64,000 nucleotides of DNA from an uncultured Flavobacteriaceae bacterium (GTDB lineage: Bacteria; Bacteroidota; Bacteroidia; Flavobacteriales; Flavobacteriaceae): assembly GCA_963703125.1 (NCBI GenBank), contig OY969790.1:2575832-2639831 (forward strand), read 5' to 3'. How positions within the stretch are numbered: the stretch's first letter is position 1; every line of letters begins with the position of its first letter. The position numbers and the translations under genes were made by a program. The notes beneath the pieces were generated by a model that saw nothing but the letters and a program-made list of their open reading frames with translations, ran no database searches and had not been told where the DNA came from. Shown one piece after another: positions 10,426-20,204 of this stretch.

Positions 10426-10819
10426 TTGTTCACTGATTGAACTACCCCGAATTAAAAATAGGGCGGGCAATATTACGCCAATTGAGAATAACTTGGAAAT
10501 TCCTTTTGAAGCAAAGCGAATATTTTATTTGTACGATATTCCCGGGGGAGAAAGCAGGGGTGCACATGCCCATAAAGAATGTCATCAATTCTTAATAGCT
10601 GCTTCAGGCAGTTTTGAAGTGCAATTGGATGATGGGAAGGTTAAAAAGACAGCGATGCTAAATCAACCTTATCGAGGGTTGCATATACCCCCTGGCATAT
10701 GGGCATCTGAGGTGAACTTCTCCTCCGGGGCTATTTGCTTGGTGTTGGCCTCTCACAAATATTCAGAGAGTGATTATATAAGGAATTATGAATTGTACTT
10801 GACCCTTTTTAATAAATAA
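10406..10819 (+). CDS. FdtA/QdtA-type sugar 3,4-ketoisomerase (canonical HAH motif)
   Basis: 137 aa with RGAHAHKE. It is a paralog of the preceding ORF and overlaps it by 20 nt. Confidence 0.8.
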   Translation: MKISVFDCSLIELPRIKNRAGNITPIENNLEIPFEAKRIFYLYDIPGGESRGAHAHKECHQFLIAASGSFEVQLDDGKVKKTAMLNQPYRGLHIPPGIWASEVNFSSGAICLVLASHKYSESDYIRNYELYLTLFNK

Positions 10820-11107
10820 GTTGGTTGCTGATATGGTCATCATTAATACTAAAAACTGCATTTATTAAAAAGATAAGGTCTTAATGAACGAGTGGGTTAT
10901 GGGTAAGAAATAACTTTAGGCGAGTAATCTGAACAAACATGTTAGCTGCTTAATTGGAGATGTGGAAATTTTTGATGCTTAAATAGTGAAAAAACTTAAA
11001 ATGTAATCTACTGTTGAGCTAAGAATGAACGAAAAATGCTTCTATGACTGATTTGGTTACGCTTTTCGTTATTTTAAAACTCTAAAATAATATAAAACAA
11101 GGATGAA

Positions 11108-11665
11108 ATGAAATTTAGAAAGGAGATTATAGATGGTATTTTGCCTACAAATCATTACGGATATCATTTTAGGTTGGTTGAAATTGAGGATGCAGAATTT
11201 ATTCTGTCTTTAAGAAGTAATGAAAAGCTTTCCAGACATATCAACACAACGAGTGCGGAATTAGATGAGCAAATTAATTGGCTGAAGGAATATAAGGTTC
11301 GTGAAAAAAACGGTGAGGATTTTTACATATTATGTTTAAAAGAAGATAAAGAAACAAAGCAAGGGGTAGTCAGAATTTATAATATTAACGGAACAGAGTT
11401 TGAGATTGGGAGTTGGGTTTTTAAATCAGATGCAGACCCCAATGTAGCTATTTTGGCAGATTTGTTTACTTTTTCATTAGCTTATGAGCAACTGAACTTA
11501 AAAACATGTAACGCTTCTGTGAGAAAGGCCAATAAGCGTGTTTTGTGGTATACTAAATCATTTGATCCCATCTTAAAAATGGAAGATGAATTGAATTTTT
11601 ATTTTGAGATTGGCTATGATAATTATAAAATCCAACGAGATAAACTGCTTAAAATGCTATTATAG
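11108..11665 (+). CDS. GNAT-family N-acyltransferase (RimJ/RimL-like)
   Basis: 185 aa. The layout FRLVEIEDAEFILSLRSNEKLSRHI is typical of GNAT N-termini. Confidence 0.65.
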   Translation: MKFRKEIIDGILPTNHYGYHFRLVEIEDAEFILSLRSNEKLSRHINTTSAELDEQINWLKEYKVREKNGEDFYILCLKEDKETKQGVVRIYNINGTEFEIGSWVFKSDADPNVAILADLFTFSLAYEQLNLKTCNASVRKANKRVLWYTKSFDPILKMEDELNFYFEIGYDNYKIQRDKLLKMLL

Positions 11666-11682
11666 GGAATACAAATATTTTC

Positions 11683-13242
11683 ATGACTATTAAGCATTCG
11701 AAAAATATAGGAATTATGGATACCAAGATGAAAATTAATTTAATAGAATATTTTGAAAGGACTGTTGACTTATTGCCAAACAAATTAGCCGTACAGGACC
11801 AAAACTCTAGTTTGTTGTTTAAAGAACTTCAACAAAAAGCGAAAAATCTTGGTGCCCATATTTCGAATAGAACCTCCAAAATCAATAGGCCGATTGCTGT
11901 GTTTTTACCCAAATCCAATGAAGCCCTTATTGCTCTCATTGCTTCTTTATATAGTGGTAACTGCTATGCACCTCTTGATACGAAAAATCCAATGGCCAGA
12001 ATAAAAACAATATTAAAGGCCATGGAACCCTCATGTATTGTTACCAACAACAATTTTATAGGAACTATTAAAGAATGCGATCTTCATATAGAAGTGCTTA
12101 ACTTGGATGATATTGACCTTAATATTGATAAAAGGGGCAATTTTAATTATGAGGACTGTATTGATACCGATCCGGCTTATATTATGCACACATCTGGGTC
12201 AACAGGTGTTCCCAAAGGGGTTGTTATTTCCCATAGATCAATTATAGATTATACACATTGGTTAATACACACTTTTGACATCACAAAAGATGAAATTATT
12301 GGCAACCAAGCTTCGTTTATTTTCGATAATTCAACCTTGGATATTTATCTAATGATGTTCAAAGGCGCATCGCTCTACCTCATTCCGGACCATGTTTTTG
12401 CTTTTCCAATAAAATTGATTGAATACCTGCAAGTGCACCATATTAATTTTATTTTTTGGGTTCCTTCGGTTATGGTCGGGGTTGCCAATTCAAATGCTCT
12501 TAACAATCTAAAAGTTCCTTTATTAAAGAAAGTTCTGTTTTGTGGCGAAGTTATGCCGACAAAACACTTGAATTATTGGATTAGTATGTTGGATAAAGAT
12601 GTTTTATATGCCAATTTATATGGGCCAACGGAAATAACAGATGTCTGTTCTTATTACATAATAGACCGTGAGTTTCTCGATACAGATGTTTTGCCAATTG
12701 GAAAAGCCTGCCGAAATACGGATATAATAATTCTAAATGATGAAAATAAGGCATGTAAAGTTTTTGAACATGGTGAGTTATGTGTCCGAGGTTCCTCATT
12801 ATCTTCTGGATATTGGAACAATCCTGATAAGACAAATGCGGCTTTTGTACAAAATCCTTTAAATACGTCTTATCCTGAAAAAATCTATCGGACCGGGGAC
12901 ATTGTTTTCATGAATGACAAATCTGAAATTATATATGTTGGAAGGAAAGATTTTCAAATTAAACATTTAGGATATCGAATTGAATTAGGTGAAATAGAGC
13001 ATGCTGTTTTAAGAGTGTTCAAATCTATTGCCGCTTGCGTTCTTTATGATCAAGACAAGAATGAAATTGTTTTGGCATACGAATCCCCCGAAGAAATATC
13101 AGTTGCCGATTTTAGGATTAAGCTGAATAATGAATTGGCAAAATATATGATCCCTAATAGATACGTAAAATTGGAAAAATTGCCAAAATCCCCTAGCGGC
13201 AAGATTGATAGAAGCTTTATCAAAAAAACTTTGATTGCTTGA
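11683..13242 (+). CDS. Adenylate-forming enzyme (DltA-like / amino-acid adenylation domain)
   Basis: Core motifs HTSGSTGVPKGV, YRTGD and PKSPSGKIDR are present. Confidence 0.85.
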   Translation: MTIKHSKNIGIMDTKMKINLIEYFERTVDLLPNKLAVQDQNSSLLFKELQQKAKNLGAHISNRTSKINRPIAVFLPKSNEALIALIASLYSGNCYAPLDTKNPMARIKTILKAMEPSCIVTNNNFIGTIKECDLHIEVLNLDDIDLNIDKRGNFNYEDCIDTDPAYIMHTSGSTGVPKGVVISHRSIIDYTHWLIHTFDITKDEIIGNQASFIFDNSTLDIYLMMFKGASLYLIPDHVFAFPIKLIEYLQVHHINFIFWVPSVMVGVANSNALNNLKVPLLKKVLFCGEVMPTKHLNYWISMLDKDVLYANLYGPTEITDVCSYYIIDREFLDTDVLPIGKACRNTDIIILNDENKACKVFEHGELCVRGSSLSSGYWNNPDKTNAAFVQNPLNTSYPEKIYRTGDIVFMNDKSEIIYVGRKDFQIKHLGYRIELGEIEHAVLRVFKSIAACVLYDQDKNEIVLAYESPEEISVADFRIKLNNELAKYMIPNRYVKLEKLPKSPSGKIDRSFIKKTLIA

Positions 13243-13350
13243 GAAAAAGTTAAAGATGTATAATTATTGCCCCATTAAGTTCTAAAATGGCTAAAACCAT
13301 TTAGTAGCCAATTTGGGACGCATTGAAAAAGTTAAACTAATCGTAAAAAA

Positions 13351-13590
13351 ATGAAAGAAAAAATACTCCATTTATTATCGGAAATAAGACCGGAATGTGA
13401 TTTTGAATCGTCTAATAATTTTATTGAGGAAGGTTTGTTGGACTCTTTTGGCATCGTAAGCCTTGTAGTCTCACTTGATGAAGAATTTGGTATTTCTATT
13501 GATGGTACGGATATTTTACCAGAGAATTTCTTAAGTGTTGAGAGTATTAGCCAATTATTGATTAGAAATAGCGTCAAGAATGAACTTTAA
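13351..13590 (+). CDS. Acyl/peptidyl carrier protein
   Basis: 79 aa with a phosphopantetheine-Ser context in GLLDSFGIVSL. Confidence 0.7.
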   Translation: MKEKILHLLSEIRPECDFESSNNFIEEGLLDSFGIVSLVVSLDEEFGISIDGTDILPENFLSVESISQLLIRNSVKNEL

Positions 13591-14647
13591 GTTTCGCAAT
13601 AAGAAAATCACAGGGATTCTTACGATCTTACCTGAAAATGAGGTTGACTTTGAGGATGAAATTGAAAACTATGATTTTTCAAGAAGTCAATCTATGAAGT
13701 TAAAATTGATAATGGGCTATGGAAAGCGCAAGGTCGTTACAGAGGGTACTACTATCTCTGATTTGTGTGTTTATGGACTAAACTACCTTTTTGAAAGTGG
13801 CCAACTTGATAAAGACTCAATAGATGCAATAGTGTTGGTAACGCAATCTCCAGATTATTTCGTTCCCGCAACTAGTCACATTATTCATGGAAGGTTAGAT
13901 TTAAAAAAGGATATGATTTGTTTAGATATCAATCACGCCTGCTCTGGTTATCCTATAGGCCTTATGCAGGCATTTATGTTATTGGAACAAGATGATATAA
14001 ATAAAGTCTTAGTGCTGAATGCAGATATATTAAGTTCAAAGGTCTCCATTCATGACAGAGGTAGCAGGCCACTTACAGGTGATGGAGCGTCAATTACAAT
14101 TGTCGAAAAAGATTTGGAGAATAGTTTTATCTATGGTGCTGTAATGGCCGATGGAAAAGGATCAGAATCTTTGATGATTCCAGCTGGAGGTTTCAAAATG
14201 CCATCAACTGCCAAGACTGCCGAATTGATGACTGATATTCATGGTAATGTTAGGGCCTTAGATCACTTTGTAATGAAAGGTGATGATGTTTTTAATTTTG
14301 TACAAAGAGAGGTTCCGCCAATGATCGATAATTTACTTCAAAAAGCGGGAATTGATGAGGAGAAAATAGACTACTACTTGTTTCATCAGCCGAACAAGTT
14401 TATGTTAAAAAAACTAGCGGACAAAATGGTGATTCCATATGAAAAGATGCCGAATAATATAGTTGAAAATTTTGGCAATGCCGGAGGGGTCTCTGTACCT
14501 ACTAACATCACCTATAATCTAGGTGATAAACTTTTGAAGAATACTTTTTTGGTTTGTTTGGCCGGTTTTGGAGCTGGGTTAAGCTGGTCATCTTTGATAA
14601 TCAAATTAGGGAAATTGAATTTTTGTGAAACACTTTATTTTAAATAA
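13580..14647 (+). CDS. 3-oxoacyl-ACP synthase III (FabH-like) family protein
   Basis: A Cys-His-Asn triad context is present in NHACSGY, FHQPN and GNAGGVS. Confidence 0.85.
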   Translation: MNFKFRNKKITGILTILPENEVDFEDEIENYDFSRSQSMKLKLIMGYGKRKVVTEGTTISDLCVYGLNYLFESGQLDKDSIDAIVLVTQSPDYFVPATSHIIHGRLDLKKDMICLDINHACSGYPIGLMQAFMLLEQDDINKVLVLNADILSSKVSIHDRGSRPLTGDGASITIVEKDLENSFIYGAVMADGKGSESLMIPAGGFKMPSTAKTAELMTDIHGNVRALDHFVMKGDDVFNFVQREVPPMIDNLLQKAGIDEEKIDYYLFHQPNKFMLKKLADKMVIPYEKMPNNIVENFGNAGGVSVPTNITYNLGDKLLKNTFLVCLAGFGAGLSWSSLIIKLGKLNFCETLYFK

Positions 14648-14652
14648 AATAT

Positions 14653-14868
14653 ATGGAACAATTAATATCAAAAATGAGGGAAATTTTAGAAGTTGATACT
14701 ATTGAAATTAATGATTCACTTTCTTCATTTGATGGGTGGGATTCATTGACCATTTTGATGGTCATTGAATTTTGTTCTAGTGAATATGGAATATCTTTAA
14801 GTGCAGATGAAATTCAAAATTCGCAGACAATCAAAGGTTTGAAAGAACTGATCGATTCAAAATCATAA
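14653..14868 (+). CDS. Second acyl carrier protein
   Basis: 71 aa with GWDSLTILMV (DSL motif). Confidence 0.65.
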   Translation: MEQLISKMREILEVDTIEINDSLSSFDGWDSLTILMVIEFCSSEYGISLSADEIQNSQTIKGLKELIDSKS

Positions 14869-15012
14869 CGGGAAGTAAAATCTATTCGGCATACTTAAAG
14901 TTGGGTGAGATTTCTTTGAAATGATACCATTGCTGCAACCCACTATCGCAAATTTAATACACCTAGTCAAGCTGGAGTGTTCAATCATTGATAAGAGTGT
15001 TTTACAATAGAA

Positions 15013-16137
15013 ATGGACTTACTTAACAATAAAGAAAAGGTGATAAAATTTTTAGATCTTCAAAAAATTAATGCTCAATACGCCTCTGAATTAAAGCAAG
15101 CAGCATATAGAGTTATAGATTCTGGCTGGTATTTGATGGGTAATGAACTTAATTCATTCGAACAAAATTACGCTTCATTCTGTAATGTAAAGTATGCACT
15201 TGGAGTGGCCAATGGTTTAGATGCACTGCGTCTTATTTTCAAAGGCTATATTGAGTTGGGGGTAATGAAAAAGGGAGATGAGGTTATAGTGCCTGCAAAT
15301 ACATATATTGCCTCTGTTCTGGCCATAACAGATAATGGGCTCATACCTATTTTTGTAGAGCCAGATATTCAAACTTTAAATTTAGATTCCAAAAAAATTG
15401 AAGCCGCTATTTCAAAAAGAACCAAGGCTATTTTAACTGTACATCTATATGGACAGATTTCCACCGATCAGAGGATGCTAGACGTATGCCACAAATTTAA
15501 GTTGAAGTTAATAGAGGATGGTGCGCAGTCCCATGGTGCAAAATGGGAAGGTAAAATTTCAGGTGCAATCGGGGATGCAGCAGGGCATAGTTTTTACCCT
15601 GGAAAAAATTTAGGTGCGTTGGGCGATGCAGGAGCTGTTACCACCAATGACAAAGCTTTGGCAGATACCATTATGGCCCTTAGAAATTACGGGTCGCATA
15701 AAAAGTATGAGAATTTGTACCAAGGTTTGAATTCTCGTTTAGATGAAATACAAGCGGCATTTTTAAATGTCAAATTAAAATATATAAATGATGACATTTT
15801 AGGACGAAGAAAGGTAGCGAACTTCTATTTGAACAATATAAGAAATACCTCATTAATACTTCCGAAAGTTATTAATGATAATGGCCATGTTTGGCACCTA
15901 TTTGTGGTCCTTACAGAAAACAGGACCCAATTAAATTCCTATTTAGAGAAGAAAGGTATTCAATCCCTAATACATTACCCGATACCACCTCACAAGCAAG
16001 AGGCTTTTAAAGAGTTTAATAGTTTAAATTTTCCAATTACCGAAAAGATACATAAGGAAGTATTGAGCCTACCCATAAGTGCATGTATGACAACCACGGA
16101 AATTAATTACGTGGTTGAGGCACTAAATAATTATTAA
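15013..16137 (+). CDS. DegT/DnrJ/EryC1/StrS-family PLP aminotransferase (FdtB/QdtB-like nucleotide-sugar aminotransferase)
   Basis: 374 aa with [16 protein letters not shown] (PLP-Lys region). Confidence 0.9.
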   Translation: MDLLNNKEKVIKFLDLQKINAQYASELKQAAYRVIDSGWYLMGNELNSFEQNYASFCNVKYALGVANGLDALRLIFKGYIELGVMKKGDEVIVPANTYIASVLAITDNGLIPIFVEPDIQTLNLDSKKIEAAISKRTKAILTVHLYGQISTDQRMLDVCHKFKLKLIEDGAQSHGAKWEGKISGAIGDAAGHSFYPGKNLGALGDAGAVTTNDKALADTIMALRNYGSHKKYENLYQGLNSRLDEIQAAFLNVKLKYINDDILGRRKVANFYLNNIRNTSLILPKVINDNGHVWHLFVVLTENRTQLNSYLEKKGIQSLIHYPIPPHKQEAFKEFNSLNFPITEKIHKEVLSLPISACMTTTEINYVVEALNNY

Positions 16138-17621
16138 TGGTCCAAAAAAGCGTTAATAAAGATAGTTATAGGCAAATAATGAAGGCTACTTCCATTTTTG
16201 GAGGTGTTCAGGTTTTTAATATTATAATATCAATAATTAGATCCAAAGTAATTGCCATTTTATTGGGCCCTTCTGGTATGGGTATCATGGGTCTTCTGAC
16301 CTCTACAACAAGTTTGATAAGTTCTTTGACCAATCTTGGTTTAGGTACAAGTGCGGTTAAAGACATTGCGGCAGAAGCGCAAAGTAATGATCCATTGCGG
16401 ATTGCCCAAATCGTTATAGTCGTGCGGCGTTTGGTTTGGGTAACGGGACTGGTTGGTGCGTTGGTCACTTTTTTTGCGGCACCTTGGCTGAGTGACCTTT
16501 CCTTCGGAAATTCCGATTATTCCATTGCCTTTAGATGGCTTTCCCTTACACTTTTGTTAAATCAATTGACCAGCGGTGAGTATGTTTTATTACAAGGCCT
16601 TAGAAAGTTAAAACTTCTTGCCAAAGCCAATTTGGCAGGGTCGGTTTTGGGTCTATTGTCTTCATTGCCCCTTTATTATTATATGGGTATTAAAGGTATT
16701 GTACCGGCTATGATATTAACGGCGTTGCTTACTTTATTTGTGGTGCAATATTATAGTCAAAAGGTAAAAATTAACAAAGTGAATGTCACTTTAAAACAAA
16801 CAAAAATTCAGGCCAGGGATATGATGGTCATGGGCATAATGCTGAGTTTAAGTGGCATTATGATTATGGGTGAATCCTATCTCATAAGGATTTTTATTAG
16901 CAATACAGGGGGTATTGATGAAGTTGGGTTGTATAATGCTGGTTTTGCAATTATTACCACCTATGTGGGGTTGGTTTTTACCGCCATGGGTACCGATTAT
17001 TACCCTCGACTGTCAGGAGTAGCTTCCGATAATCAAAAGGCAATTGTATTGATAAATCAGCAGGCGGAAATAGCGGTTTTAATTTTAGCACCTATTTTGA
17101 CGGTCTTCTTGATTTTTGTTGATTGGGTTGTAATACTTCTATATTCCGAACAGTTCATTGCGGTAAGTGCAATGATTTACTGGGCAGCTTTGGGAATGTT
17201 CTTTAAGGCCGCAAGCTGGTCAATTGCATTTATTTTTCTTGCTAAAAGTGCAGGAAAACTATTCATTTGGAGTGAACTGGCTTCGATTTTAACATTATTG
17301 ATATTGAATTTATTGGGATATTATTTTTGGGGCCTCACAGGATTGGGATTTTCATTTATGCTTTCTTATTTACTCTATCTCATTCAAGTTTATATATTGA
17401 CAAATTTAAAATACGGATTTAAGTTCAGTACAGGGTTTTTGAGAATATTTGGCATTCAATTTATGTTGGCACTTATCTGTTTTGCCACAGTAAAGTTGAT
17501 TCCTACGCCATATACGTTTGTTCTGGGAATCCCAGTAATTATTGGTTCTGCATGGTACTCCCTGAAAGAATTGGACAGAAGATTGGGTTTAAAGAAGATA
17601 TTCAAAAATTTCAAAAAATGA
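16137..17621 (+). CDS. wzx: Wzx-type polysaccharide flippase (MOP superfamily)
   Basis: 494-aa multi-TM protein in a polysaccharide-locus context. Confidence 0.75.
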   Translation: MVQKSVNKDSYRQIMKATSIFGGVQVFNIIISIIRSKVIAILLGPSGMGIMGLLTSTTSLISSLTNLGLGTSAVKDIAAEAQSNDPLRIAQIVIVVRRLVWVTGLVGALVTFFAAPWLSDLSFGNSDYSIAFRWLSLTLLLNQLTSGEYVLLQGLRKLKLLAKANLAGSVLGLLSSLPLYYYMGIKGIVPAMILTALLTLFVVQYYSQKVKINKVNVTLKQTKIQARDMMVMGIMLSLSGIMIMGESYLIRIFISNTGGIDEVGLYNAGFAIITTYVGLVFTAMGTDYYPRLSGVASDNQKAIVLINQQAEIAVLILAPILTVFLIFVDWVVILLYSEQFIAVSAMIYWAALGMFFKAASWSIAFIFLAKSAGKLFIWSELASILTLLILNLLGYYFWGLTGLGFSFMLSYLLYLIQVYILTNLKYGFKFSTGFLRIFGIQFMLALICFATVKLIPTPYTFVLGIPVIIGSAWYSLKELDRRLGLKKIFKNFKK

Positions 17622-17661
17622 AAATTCTTTTGATTGGGGACTATTCTGGGTCCATTCTGAG

Positions 17662-18774
17662 TTGCGAAATGCGTTAAGACAAAAAGGTCATGAGGCCAAA
17701 CTTATCTCTGATGGTGATGGGTATAAAGGTTTTCCCGCGGACCTTGTTTTTAAAAGGCGGCCCTTTCGAAACGATAGGATTGAGAGAGTCCTAATTATCG
17801 TGTCAGAACTTTTGGGGATTTCGGGGATTATGTCATTTGTAAAAAAATGGCCTTCAATAAAGAGTGAAATAATTAACTATGATATTGTACAATTGATTAA
17901 CCCTATAGCATTGACAAATTTCGGTTCAATTGTACATCTTTATTTGTGGTATTATTTAAAAAAACATAATAAGAAAATTTTTTTATGCGCTCTCGGAGAC
18001 GATTATTACTGGGTAAATAACATGCTTAAAAGCGAAACAAAATATAATGTGCTGTCACACTTGGGTGTTTTCAATTTTCATAAAGAGGTTTTTTCCATGA
18101 AATACGTTTACGGTTTTTTATATAAAACCTTGAACAGGTATGCTTTGAAAACCTCGGAATGTGTGATACCCGGTTTATATGATTATCTCAGGGTCTATAA
18201 AAATGACAAATGCAGCAATCTGGTTCCGTTACCGGTAGCTCCATCAAAATTGGGCAAGCCAATTCAACTAAATCCCGAGAATAAAATTGTTATTTTCCAT
18301 GGCTGGCAAAAAGGCAAAGAATTAAAAAAGGGAAACCTTATTTTTGATAGGGTTGCAAAAAAAATATGTGAAGATTACCCTGACCAAACTGAATATAAAG
18401 TTGTTCAAAATGTACCTTATTATCAGTATATTGAATTGTTAAATAGTGCGCATATTGCATTGGACCAATGTTATAGTTATGACAAAGGAATGAACGGGGT
18501 TTTGTTTATGGCGGCTGGAAAAGTAACTTTTACCGGTATGGAAGAATCTGCATTAAGGGAATATCAATATTACGACCCAAATAAGATTTACGGAATTAAT
18601 GCTTTAAATGACGACAAATACTTATATGATAAAATTGCCTCATTGATTGAAAACCCCCGATCAATAGAGGAAATATCAAAAAATGCCATTGAGTTTGTAA
18701 AAAATAACCATTCAAGTGATTATGTGGCCGGATTGTATTTGAATATTTGGAACGGCAATTATGTAACCACCTAA
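17662..18774 (+). CDS. Glycosyltransferase (GT-B fold); possibly frameshifted at its 5' end
   Basis: 370-aa ORF from a TTG start. An ATG at 17618 in another frame encodes MKILLIGDYSG, the expected GT N-terminus (see findings). Confidence 0.7.
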   Translation: MRNALRQKGHEAKLISDGDGYKGFPADLVFKRRPFRNDRIERVLIIVSELLGISGIMSFVKKWPSIKSEIINYDIVQLINPIALTNFGSIVHLYLWYYLKKHNKKIFLCALGDDYYWVNNMLKSETKYNVLSHLGVFNFHKEVFSMKYVYGFLYKTLNRYALKTSECVIPGLYDYLRVYKNDKCSNLVPLPVAPSKLGKPIQLNPENKIVIFHGWQKGKELKKGNLIFDRVAKKICEDYPDQTEYKVVQNVPYYQYIELLNSAHIALDQCYSYDKGMNGVLFMAAGKVTFTGMEESALREYQYYDPNKIYGINALNDDKYLYDKIASLIENPRSIEEISKNAIEFVKNNHSSDYVAGLYLNIWNGNYVTT

Positions 18775-18983
18775 AATTCAAAAATTCGCCATTGGTAAAA
18801 TGTTAAGAATGGAGTATTTGCGCTTTGAAAGGATGTTTTCCAAAAATCACAAGGAGTTTGGGTAGATTGACTAATTATTTAACAAGTTGTATCTGAGTTT
18901 TATGGCTTTGGCCACAAATTAAGCTTTGATTAGTATGTGACCTAAAAGCCAAAATTTCCATTTATGCTTCAAATTATCTAAAA

Positions 18984-20051
18984 ATGAGACCATCCTTATT
19001 ATTAATCAATACAGACCAGTTTGGTTATCATAGCGATAGTTATAAGTACTGTTATTATCTAAAGGAAAAATTTGATATCACCTACTTATGTTTTGACGCC
19101 GGTCAAGAAAAACAATATCAAGAGGGGGTGAGAGTAATTTATGTTAGTTGGAAAGGAAATTATTTTAAAAAAGGATATGACTTTATCCGATTTGCCCTAA
19201 AGTATATCAAAGAAAACGAATTTGATTTTGTTTTTATGCTCTATTTTCCACTTTGCTTTATGGTAAAGGTATTTACAGCTAAAAACATAGTATTGGATAT
19301 TAGAACGGGAAGTGTTAATAAATCGGCTATCAAAAGAACGTTTTTAGATACATTGTTAAGGCTTGAGGCCCTCTATTTTAAAGACATTACTATCATTTCC
19401 AAGAGTCTTTCAGAAAAGTTGGGAATAAACAAATCCAAAATAGAGATTATTCCCTTGGGGTCCGATATTATTTCAAAGAAAGACAAAAATTTTGATTTCC
19501 CAAGACTTTTTTACGTAGGGACCTTGTATAATAGAAATATCCATGAAACGATCATAGGACTTAAAAGATATATAGAATGTAACGCAGTTGAAAAGGTTAC
19601 CTATGACATTTTTGGTTTTGGAACTAAGTTCGAGGAAGATTTGTTGAATAAAACAATCACAGAAAATAGGCTAAATGACATTGTTAAATTTCATGGAAGA
19701 AAGACACATCGTGAAATACAATCATATTTTGATGATTGTAATATTGGTGTTTCCTATGTTCCAATAACCAAATACTTTGATTGTCAACCACCTACAAAAA
19801 CGTATGAATATGTGAATTCGGGTATGATTTGTATTGCGACGGACACTTTTGAGAACAGGAGGTTAATAAATGAAAATAATGGCATATTATGCAAAGATAC
19901 GGCAGAAAGTTTTAGTCTGGGTTTATCCAAAATATTTGGCAATATGGCAAATTATCATTCTGCCGATATTAGAAACACTTTAAAAGAATATAGTTGGGAA
20001 ACGACGGCACTTCGTTTAGATTTATATTTAAATCGCCTTAAGAGCATATAA
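18984..20051 (+). CDS. Glycosyltransferase family 4 (group 1)
   Basis: 355 aa with a C-terminal KTYEYVNSGMICIATD motif of the EX7E type. Confidence 0.75.
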   Translation: MRPSLLLINTDQFGYHSDSYKYCYYLKEKFDITYLCFDAGQEKQYQEGVRVIYVSWKGNYFKKGYDFIRFALKYIKENEFDFVFMLYFPLCFMVKVFTAKNIVLDIRTGSVNKSAIKRTFLDTLLRLEALYFKDITIISKSLSEKLGINKSKIEIIPLGSDIISKKDKNFDFPRLFYVGTLYNRNIHETIIGLKRYIECNAVEKVTYDIFGFGTKFEEDLLNKTITENRLNDIVKFHGRKTHREIQSYFDDCNIGVSYVPITKYFDCQPPTKTYEYVNSGMICIATDTFENRRLINENNGILCKDTAESFSLGLSKIFGNMANYHSADIRNTLKEYSWETTALRLDLYLNRLKSI

Positions 20052-20204
20052 ATCAATGGTTTGCCGCGTAATTTTTTCAGATGGTTTCTCGACCGGGTAA
20101 AATGATACAAAAGATGTTTCCTGTATCTGCCCATATTTAAAAGCCAGAAAGGCCGCTATGTCAAATAAAACAACAGATCATTGAACTACTAAAACCTTTA
20201 TTTG

